From Eledone cirrhosa (lineage: Eukaryota), in contig OZ024745.1 of the NCBI GenBank assembly GCA_964016885.1, positions 49,724,001 through 49,788,000 on the forward strand: a stretch of DNA of 64,000 bases, given 5' to 3'. The position numbers and the translations under genes were made by a program. The notes beneath the pieces are model-generated. The model did no database searches. It had not been told where the DNA came from and saw nothing but the letters and a program-made list of their open reading frames with translations. Below are positions 30,047-40,835 of the stretch, one piece after another. How positions within the stretch are numbered: position 1 is the first letter of the stretch; every line of letters starts with the position of its first letter.

Positions 30047-32223
30047 CAATGTTCTGAACCATGCAGAATACCATTAAAAATAGCAGCAACTCACGGAGAA
30101 GCAGCATTATTTAAACTAGACAACCTCAATCTCATTGGTCACAGACTGCCTGCAAAGGTCATGGGCACAGCCCCTTTCTCTAGAACTAGCAAAAAAGAAA
30201 ATGTTTTAAAATATAAAGTATGTAACTTGCTACATTTATCTGAAGGAAAAGAGCCAATCGTCAGATCAGACCAAAGAAGCTGTTTCCATTGCTGATACTG
30301 TCAGTTGCAACTCCTGACAGAAGTGCCATTGCTTTTCTGGTGATAGGAGGATTTGAACTTAGAGTGCATAGGGCTGGAACAGATACAACAAAGCATTCCC
30401 CCATCTGGCTCTTTTACAATTCTGCCAATCTACTGCCCATGAACTGATACTTTATCGACCCCAAAAGGACGAAAAGCAAAGTTGACTTAGGTGAGATTAC
30501 ACCTCAGAGCACAGAAAGCTGGAAAAAATTGAGGCTTTTAATCCGATGTTCTAACGACTGTCAATTCTCCACCATTTATTTATCTGATATCTAAAAAAAA
30601 CAATAAAAAAGTTAAAACAAAAATGTAAGTTTATAAGTTGACTGTTATACTCCATCTTATTTAGAAATTCATGTCTTTTGCCTCTGGATGCAGCATGGCG
30701 AAAGGGTTAAGAAGTTCACTTCATATGTTCCAACAAACTACATAGCATCTTGAGCAAGTGTTTTAACTGTAGCCTTGGTTTGCTTAATCAGGTATGACAT
30801 GGCACTAAACAACACTTTTCACCATATACATCTGTTTACAAAATATAGCCTCATATGCAGATGAGTCACATTTTCCAGAGAAAGCTGTATGACTATTCTT
30901 GCTGTCCCAATAAACCAAAACTGAATAAGATCTGTGTAATTCTTTAATTGTTAAAATTACTATGTTCTTTCTAGGAGTTTTAACAATAAAAATATTTTGT
31001 TGTCAGTTTGTGTGATCTAAGGCATTCTGGCCCCCGACTACATTATATTAGCATCCAGGACAATATTAATCTCATATGTACACTGTAAAGTGGTTGGTGT
31101 TAGGAAAGGCATCCAGCCATAGAAACCAATCAAAAATAATCCACCCATCCATGCTCCCTGGACATAAAATAATGTATTTTTACAAGTGTTATGTTTGTAG
31201 GCAACAAGCAGTTCATCAATCTCATTCAACATTTGTTTTTCCTGTTAGCAAGGGTTGGATGGGTCATCACTGACTAAGTCAGTACTTAGCTGCAGTCACT
31301 GATATCTCAGATAGGCTTGTAAGTACATCTAGCTAACATACATTTCCATATGCTACTGTGTCCTGGGTGTGTTTTATCTGATAGACTAAGGTCCTATTTA
31401 GGGGATGCCTTGCTCCTTTTGAATCATTTATCACTACAGAATTAGGAACTATTTTAAGCTAAACAAAAACATGATACAAATTTCACAGTATATGTCTAAA
31501 TTATAACAAAACACCAAAGTAATTGATTACATTATTTATATTGCTTCAGTAAATTCAACCTGAATTTTTATGTCAGCTATATATAGATAACAGGAGGAAA
31601 CTAGCATATGCTGGAATCACTGCTGTTTAGCCAAGAGATGATAAAGTGAAAGTTATGTAAAAATACAACCACTCCTCATACTTATGGTCATTTCCAAATA
31701 TTTCTTTTTCTATATCAAAGTCTTGTAAAATAAAACAAATTTACAGTTACTAAAATAGTGTTTCCATAAGTACTTTATTTAAAGAATTCATTTAATGTAA
31801 AACTGATACTATTAACTTTCCATATTCTCGTGGACTATCAAGTAACTTTGAAACAATATCTAAAGATATTTTGTGAGGAGTTTCTGTATAAATAATACAG
31901 CACCTGGCTTTTTAAAATCTGTTTTAGTACAAAAGTTAAACTATTAGTTTATTATGGATAACAATTGGTTGTCTCTAGACAATCATCAACATTCAGGTTA
32001 TTAAACCTTTTGATACTGACTTGCATATACTTATAGAAAACAAAATCACCCATTTTCAATTTAAATCTTCCGACATAATTTCATACAAATACCATCTTAA
32101 TGAAAAATTTTCTGAGTAAATTTCATTAGCAATCTGGCCATTCATATTATCAAACACTGGTTATTTATCCCCTTATCTCTTCTCTCTTTAATTTTTGCAT
32201 AAGAAACTACTCTCCAAGTTTGG

Positions 32224-35200
32224 CTAACTTTTCAACCCTACTGATGCTATAGACTTATACTTAAGCAACAGACTGGGTTTTGCTCGTAGAACAAGGCCAC
32301 GTGACCCTTTAGTAGACAGAAATTTCTGTAGTACTTTAGAATTCACATATGTTTTGCGTTCAACCATTGTACTAGTTTTAACAGGTTTTGTTATTTCCTG
32401 ACTCTTTTGAGGTGTCTTTGCTTTCTCTGGGTCTAAATGTTGACCTTTATGGACACTGGTAGTTTTGGTGTCATTAGATTTGTTTTTTTGGGAAATGGTT
32501 TTATTTGGTTTCACAGAATCTTTAGTCAAGGAGTCAGAACTTGATACCTTGTTAGCACAGTCTTTGGAATTAGAAGCACTGGATTTTAATTTTTTGGAAA
32601 TGATATTTGAACCTGTGCAATCAGAGTCTCTAGTTGTGGTGTCAGGAGCTACACGTTTTTTGTTGTTATAGTCTGTGGACACAGAAGCAGGAACTGATCT
32701 TATGTCATGATAATCTTTAGGTGTGAACTTGTTTTTGAATTGTTTAATATTCATATTTTTCTTTGTCTTATCTCCTGCTGCTTTGTGGTTGTTGGGAAAT
32801 TTTCGCTTGGTTTGGTCAAAATAAATGTCATTCGATGCAAATCTCTTGTGGTTATAGTAAAATTTTGAAGGATTTACAGTAATAATGTGAAAAGTGTTAA
32901 GAAATATAAACAAAGATGACATTCAAAATATAAAGGAATAAAGCTTATAGTTAATTTAACATTCACAGAATGTTTCTCAGAAGGGCCAGGGACCTGCATT
33001 GTGGTCACATACATTCCCAACTGAGTGCATTTTATCGTGGCAGCAGAATGAGGGAGGTTGTCATGTTAGCCACAGTTGAAGAGTTTTCCCAATCCTTTGT
33101 TTGGCAGGTTTTTTTATGGCTGGATGCCCTTTCTATCACCAACCACTTTACAGAATGTACCAGGTGTTTATCATGTAGATCACCACCACTAGAGAGACTG
33201 TCATGCCTTTGACACAACTGAAGATACCTCTCAACCTTTTTTCAAATGGTGTTTGTGTGTGCCTCATAAGAGCAGTTCCACAAAGAGATTGATAAAACAA
33301 GCACCGAGATCAATATAAAATCCCTTTCAAGCAGTGCACCAGCAGTCTAATCACTGAAATCAGTAAAATATATACTAAATTTTAAGACCCTACTACTGTC
33401 AGGAAAATGGCTATACTCAACTAAAAAAAGAGTGGGTAGAAATTCCATACAATGCACTCTGTGTTGACTGGACACTAGAAGTAGTGGGATAACAGATTTC
33501 ATGTGTCACATGTAGTAAGGTTCACAGGAAGTGGTAGACTGCTTTTGCTATCAAGGTGATCTCAGTCATGGTAGTGGAAAAAAAATACAGTGCAAAAAGA
33601 CCCAAATAAGGCTTGTCTACAGAAAAAATTAAACCCAAATATTATAAACACAAAGAGTATGACTTATATACAAGTATATACGGTAAATAACCAAACAGTT
33701 TTTACAAAATCAGCTTCAAAAAGAAAATGTTTTAATTGAAAGGATATTTTCTTTCTATTTCGGTGTCTCATTCTCATTATTGGAAGTGCTTGACCATATT
33801 TCACAATAACCCAATCCTGAAAAGACAACATATTCTTTTATTGGTTTCAGTCATCAGAATGTGGCCATGCTGGGGTCACAGCTGGTTATATCAAACCTAG
33901 TATTTATTTTTGTTGAAATGCTAAGGAATTGAACATAAAAAATATGAAGACATACATTATGGTCATTTGGATTGATTTCTGTCTGGATACCTTTCCTAAC
34001 ACCAGATGTAAATTTTATCATGCCACTAGCACAAGAAAGGTTGTTATGTCCTCAACCAGACTAAAGGGTCTTTTTGACCCTACAGTGTCATTGTTCTTTC
34101 GCCAACCACTTTACAGTGTACTGGGTGTATTTTATCATGGCCTCAACACTAGTAAGGTTTTTTTGTACCCTGTATGACTCTAACTTCTCACTACTCTATG
34201 GGGTCTTAGATGACAAGGAAATAAACTTTTCAAAACTTTTATACAGCATCCATTTGTTATTTGTAAGAAGAGAAAAAAAGGCAGCCCATACCTATGCATA
34301 TTTAGCTGGTCTTCAAAATTGTATGTCATTGGATATTTTGGGGGTGTTTTAATGATAGGGGTCCAGTGTCATAAAAAGCAACATAAAATGCCACCTGGTC
34401 CAGGAATCAAATCCACAACTTTATAATTGTGAGGCCTACGCTCTAACCATTAAGTCATGTGCCTTCCTATTTGTTATTTGTCCTGAAAATATGAAATACC
34501 TTTTTGTTAGGGACTTCACTTCCTAATTTTGCATTATGGAAGACTTTATTAAAACATTTAACATCAGAACCTGTCAACTCCATCTCAACTGATTTCTTTA
34601 CTAATGGCTCTTTTTTCTGTTCAGCAATATCTTTTAACAGGCTGTAATAAAACAAAAATATTCTATTAGTTGTATTTTAATTCTTACCATTCTGTAGTGG
34701 TTCTGAAGAAAAATATCTAGAAGCAGGTTTGTTAATTCAAATATTTATAGTATCTTTACTACTAGACAAATTGCTGTGAACATTTGCAATATTACAATAA
34801 AGGCTTCAATATTTAATGTGATGCTGTTTTGTGCTTTTCAAGAATGTCTTGTTAATGTAGTTTCACGTGGTACAGGATATTAAGAGTTAATCTTGTCACA
34901 TTTTAGTGGGGGTGGTTGAGGGAGGAGAATTTTTATTTATTTATTAAATTGACCCCAATATTTCTGAACTTATTTCATCATATCAGCCAGATTTGAACTC
35001 AGGCTATAAAAGGACATGAAGTAGCAGTTTCCTTAACCCTTTATCATTTAAACCGGCCATATCCAGCCAGAATTCTCTTCCTCCTTTCTGTTCAAACTAA
35101 TTGTAACCAGCTACTTATACCGATGTTAAGGTATTGTTAAAGTACTTGTGATATAACTAAAGTGAATAGTGACAACTGAGAATTGAAATCTAGACCTGGA

Positions 35201-35944
35201 AACTTACATTGTTTTATGGTGTTTGTTTATCTATAGTCAGAGGCATGGCAGCATTCATGACCTCTGAGACTCATAGGAATGAGTAAGGTGTACCAAAACC
35301 AGTGACCAGCCCAACAATTTGGATTACTAAAGGCACCTAAGTGGTGATGTTAAACTGAATGATAGATTAAGTCCACAACCCAAGTTATTACATTAATCTA
35401 ATTATTTTTAGTTTTCTTTTTTTTTTTGTTGATTCAATCCATATCTTATTAAGGTAAATATGAGAACTGGATTTAGATTGCATTTTTCTTCCTTGATGGG
35501 GAAAACTTGGACAGAAAATAAATATATTCCTTTATTTGTTTCAATCATTTGACTGGCCATGCTCGGGTACTACCTTAATTGGAATTTAGTCATACTGAAG
35601 TCAGTACTTTATTTTTCAAGTCTAGTACTTTATTGGTATCAAACTACAATGACAGTATAGACACCAATGTAAACACAGACACACATATACCTTGCTAGCA
35701 AGGGTTGGACAAGCCTTCACAGACAAAGTACTCAAATAGGGCAACTAGCCTCCTAGAAAGGCCAGAAGCATGCACCTTGCTTACATACAATCACACACTC
35801 TACTGAGTATATTTTATCATGATACAAGCATTAGAAAGCTTGACATATCTTTGACAGAACTGAAGGATCATCTCCAACCCTTCCTATCACTAACATGTAC
35901 TGGGTGCATTTATCCTGTAGATCAGCAACACTAGTGAGATTATC

Positions 35945-35977
<33 letters not shown>

Positions 35978-37524
35978 AGAGTGCATAATCATTTTTACAT
36001 CCGTTTTTCCATATATCATCATAATCTAACATCCATTGAATCATACACACACAACTGGCCTCTGCAGTTTCCATTTACCAAATTTCACTCACAAGACAGT
36101 TGTCAACCTGTGGCAACAGTTGACATCACTTGCCTATGATGCCATTCAGTGAGACTGAGCCCACAATGTTGCAAAGCAAGCTTATTAATCAAGCAAATAT
36201 GTCTGCACTCACATTCATATTATTTTAACAGATTACAAGTGAAAGGAAGTTATGGTAGAAAGGATCCAGCCAACCAATACAAACAAGGAAAAGCAAACAT
36301 ATGATGATGATTAGCAGATATACAAAAAGCTCTTATGTAGTTCTGGATTCTATATGCTTTGCAGGAACAGACTTATCCAACCTAGCCAGCATGATATATA
36401 ATGAAATGATGCTGGTATCTATATTTAGTATACAGAATATTAAAGTAACAACAGGAAAGTACTTAAGATAAAAACTTGGTTTAGCAATTTCAATCTTCAT
36501 TTCATGAGACCTCCATTTTGTACAATTCAATGCTTTCATACCTGCAAAATAAAACATTTAGGATATGATACAATGTAGGACCCTTTATGTGGCTGCTCAG
36601 TTTTCTAGAAATAGCAGCCAAACCCATCTTACAGTCTTAAAAAAATGAATGTCACAATGTTTCTTCAAACAGACATCATTCAAAACAAGCTGTGATATTT
36701 GTTTATAACCCACACAAACTATACCCTGCAGCTAACCAATTTGATGAAAATGAGCAGTACATACCATAATTAAAAAATAAATGGTTTGGCATGAGGAATG
36801 GCATTTTGCTATAGAAAATAGTCTAAAAAGGTCACATCTAACCCATAACAGCATAGAAAAGCATACACAAGTTTTGATGATGACTGTGTATCTTGGTTTT
36901 TAAATAGATACACTGTGTGCCTGCATGCTATAAGAAGTGACTGAAAGGGCATTCAGTTGTAAAACACTGCCCCAGAAAATCTGTCTATGCCAGGATGTAA
37001 AATTATCACCATTAAAGTATTTTCAGGTTGGACATGTTATCATGCTCTGAGGCTAGACCAGTCTGGTGACTACTTCTAGCTCATCGGTTCCGTTTTTGGT
37101 TACAGCTGGATGCCCTATCTAATAGCAATCACTATACAGCATCTATTGAGATCATGTTATTATTGTGTCAGCACTACCACCTTAAAGAGTGAACTGGGTG
37201 CTTTTGTCTCTCTCTCTTTATATATATATATTAAAAAGTGATTTGTCTCTAATACTTAGACATCTCAATGAATGGATAAAATATACAGATGGAATATAAC
37301 TCAGAGAAGCAATTTCACATATTAAACCTATGTCAAAGGCACAGGTTTAATATATATATATATAGTGGCAGAACACTGGAAGGTAATATCCGTAGTGGTA
37401 GAGCACTCAGTCCATGGGATGAGTTAGGTAGAAGTAGTTACACAACAGTTAGTTCACCATACCGAGAACAATTGTTCTCGGTATGGTGAACTAACTGTTG
37501 TGTAACCACTTCTATATATATATC

Positions 37525-37557
<33 letters not shown>

Positions 37558-39079
37558 ATGTGTGTGTGTGTGTTTAAAATTATAATTTAAATTGAATTTT
37601 TGCATATCGAAAAAACCCCACAAATTTGATAACTATATTTTTACTTGAAGAAAAAAGATTATAATTTAAATAATTAGAGAAAGAGAGATTTATAAGAATA
37701 AATAAAAGTGGATGTAAAATGTTAATGAAGTTGAGAATGAGACAGAAAACCACATAATTTAAGGGAACGTAGAGTTAATTAATTAGATCACCCTTATTAC
37801 TGAATAAAAAATAATATAAAACATTACTTACAGGATTTAATTTTTTCACTTGTGATGTTTATATTGACATAAGCAAAAGTCTTTATTGGGTTACCTATGG
37901 AGTGGAAAATATTACAGTTTATAGTAAGGATATTTGTAGCTCACAATTATGCATGTTTAGCTGACTTCTTAAGAGGTTGCATCTCATAGGAGGTTTCTAG
38001 AGGGCCTTCAGTTCTAATATAAAAAGCATTGTGAAATGTCGAAGGTTACGAGTGGAAAAATATTACAACTCATAGTAATTAAATTAGTAGCTCACAATTA
38101 TGCAGGTTTAACTGACCTCTTATGACATTACATCTCCTAAGTTTCTCAGGTATTTTAATAATAAGGGTTCCAGTCCTATCATGAAAAGCATTGTTAAGTT
38201 TCTTGGGTGCTTTAATGATAAGAGCCCCTGTGCTGGGTCATGAGTGGGAAAATATTACAGCTCATGGTAATGGAATAATGAAATTTAAAGCTCACACATA
38301 TGCAGGTTTAGCTGGACTAATAGGTTTATCGGGTTGTTTTAATGATAGGGGCCACATATATATTTATTTAAAAACCTTTCATAATATTTTCATGTAAGAA
38401 CCTTTAAGTTAGATTCCAAACCCCAGCTTAATAATGAGAAAGTTAGTCCTATTACTAAATCCTTCAAAATTATTCGAAAATGTGGGTAATAGGTTAAAGA
38501 AGTCTTTAATGGTAGTGTTAATCAAGTGCGATCAACTAATGGAACAACCTCCAACAAGAAACAGTTGACGTATCCAGTCAACATTTTAAAGTCAAGGTCG
38601 AGGAGTAGACCAACCACCCGCTCAAGTTTAATTATCGCTTCTCGTATTGATGCCCATCTGGGAGGCATCGATACCAAGTAATGCTCGATACTCGGAAGAG
38701 AATCATCTCTGCCTTGGTATGAGTCTAATTACCCTTACCAAATGACCATACTTAAGATATATGTACAAGTGAAATAAACTCAAGAGATGAAATACACATA
38801 TTGCCACCTTTTTACAAACAAATTATCTTAAAAATCAATGTTTCGCTATGCCCATGCATTCACTCTTAATGTGCCGTTAGACACATACAAAAATATAGAT
38901 AATATAACAGAAGTTATTGAATTTATTGATTGATCTAGTCGTAACGTACCTGCTTCATCTCTTTTCTTTCGAATTTCTATTTCGGACACTGAGCCAAAGT
39001 GCGCGAACCTTTCTTTTAGATCACGTTCCGTCACATTATCAAAAAGACCACCAATAAACAAACGTTTCGACTCTTCCAT
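32224..39079 (-). CDS. NOL8: NOL8-like protein, N-terminal (RRM) part only; 6 coding exons, 381 aa
   Basis: Exons 39079-38950, 37894-37832, 36541-36463, 34641-34500, 33816-33748, 32886-32224 join in phase (1146 nt): MEESKRLFIGGL(RNP2)..DLKERFAHFGSVSEIEI..GNPIKTFAYVNI(RNP1)..CMKALNCTKWRSHEMKIEIAKPSF..GSEVPNKKDWVIVKYGQALPIMRM..IITVNPSKFYYNHK. This matches the NOL8 RRM and the following WVVSKFGRVLP/YDPSKYCHN segment as I recall it. Confidence 0.88.
32887..33747 (-). other. U12-type AT-AC intron of the NOL8 N-terminal gene
   Basis: Minus strand 5' ATATCCTTT starting at 33747; branch TTCTTAAC (32903-32896); ends TTTTCAC at 32887; in-frame join RNRKK|IITVNPSK. Confidence 0.9.
37429..37514. repeat. 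86-bp palindrome (70-bp perfect core, no spacer) between (TA)n tracts
   Basis: Centre between 37471 and 37472 (GAGAACAA|TTGTTCTC); perfect over 37437-37506, then one mismatch and 7 more pairs. Confidence 0.95.
37900..38320 (+). repeat. Three diverged ~150-190 bp tandem units in NOL8-N intron 1
   Basis: GAGTGGAAAATATTACA...AGCTCACAATTATGCAGGTTTAGCTG recurs at ~37900, ~38049 and ~38242. Confidence 0.75.
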
Positions 39080-39530
39080 ATCTACGAGAATTGAATATTC
39101 ACTAATGTCAGTGTAAATACCACTTTAGTTCTTTGTAAAATGTTTATGGTAAGAGGAAAAACACAGACCACGTGTTTGATTATTCCCCTTGTTTAAGCGG
39201 TGTATAGAAACAATTATCTCTGGTGAATTACAATACAATGAAGGTGACAAGTCAACTTAAAGCAGTGATGTTGTGAACAAATAAAGTATTTACAAGTTAA
39301 TTTAATTCATTCAAGATAGAAATAATATCAAAATTTATAAAAAATAATATTTCATCCTAAAATAATTTTGTAAGACTATTCAAACCAGCTATCTGGTATA
39401 GTAACCTACCAACATGAAACGGTCCACATGTTAATAGCAACCGGTGTATAAAACATCTCGAGATTTCACTTCCGAAAATTATAAGACGTAAGTTTTCATT
39501 TCGGATTATCAACTATAATATGCCACGTGT
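39080..39530. promoter_or_regulatory. Putative bidirectional promoter region with E-boxes and a non-coding first exon of the + gene
   Basis: Lies between two head-to-head genes. CACGTG at 39169-39174 and 39524-39529, CACATG at 39425-39430, ETS-like CACTTCCG near 39467, and a strong donor AC|GTAAGT after 39487. Confidence 0.55.
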
Positions 39531-40579
39531 ATTTGTATATATGTAATGCTAATGATGTGTTAAGGATATGCATCTTTAGATGTGTAAAGAACTTTCATAT
39601 TCCGTTAAATATTAATACTATTTATTACTTAAATTATTATTTTCACTAATTTAGGTTAACTTCCATACAATTAACGCTAATTTCGTATGATCAAAGAAAG
39701 TTATATACTTTCAAAAAGCATCTTGTTGAAATGTATTTTTAAATATATAAGCATATATTGAATTTCTGTTGTAATTAACGCTTACTGACAATAGTTTTCT
39801 TTCGATTCACCGGATTCATTGCATTAGGGTTCCTCTGCGAAATGAATTCAGTGAATCGGATGAGATATTTTCATTTCCTTCATTCGAGAGATAGTATCAT
39901 TTTCCCCTTTTATTTTCATGGGAATTGGAGATCTATCCTAGAGTGTACATCAAAGGGAAACTTAAATTATATAAGAGAACCACAGCACGCCGTGCCGTTT
40001 TCTCAAGATTTATATATATATTATCTCGTTTTTTTATTTTTTTTATTTTGTATATATTACTGCATTGTTCAATGAGCACTTGGCCAATTTAAGGCTATGA
40101 TGCGATTTGAAATAAATTTGACTGCTATTTCTATTGGCCTTATATCGTTGGTTTTTTGTTGATTAACTTCAAGTCGAACAACCCTATGATGAAAAGTGTT
40201 CCTGTCGTTATTGCCCTATATGTCCGTTTATCAATACAGCTTTTAATTAAGATGGCAGTGTGTAACTTGAGGAAGATTTTACTTCTATTTCCTTTATGTT
40301 GGACACCCAAACCAGCCAATATACATTGACGTCACCTTATATATGTGGAGGGAGTGATATTTTTAGGCAAACGATACAACAGCTAGACAAGGTTACCATG
40401 TGTAATTAGCTTAAAAGAAGTACACAGTATCCATGCATGTTGTAAGAGGTGACTAAAAGAGTTGGTGCCAAGAAAGGCATCAGACTAGAATGTTGCCTCA
40501 AAAAAGACCTCATGGTGGGTATGGAGCCTATCATTGGCCTCAAACACTACCCTTGTTTTAATCAAAGAAAACGTGATTC

Positions 40580-40775
40580 ATGATAGCATCAACTTAAAAC
40601 CTGTGTGGCTCATGATAGGATCAACTTAACTTGAAATCTATATGCTCCATGAGAGGATCAACTTAACTTAGAACCTGTATGGCTCATAATAAGATGAGCT
40701 TTACTTAGAATCTGAGTGGTTCATCATAGGTTCAACCTGACTTAGTACCTGCATGGTTCATAAGATGAGCTCAAA
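40580..40775 (+). repeat. Minisatellite, ~5 copies of a ~40-bp unit (TCATGATAGGATCAACTTAACTTAGAACCTGTATGGC)
   Basis: Visible tandem reiteration immediately upstream of the 40804 acceptor. Confidence 0.75.
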
Positions 40776-40835
40776 TTAAAATCAATTTTGTCATTTTTTT
40801 CAGGAATTATTGAAATAAGATAAGAAAGGAGTAAT

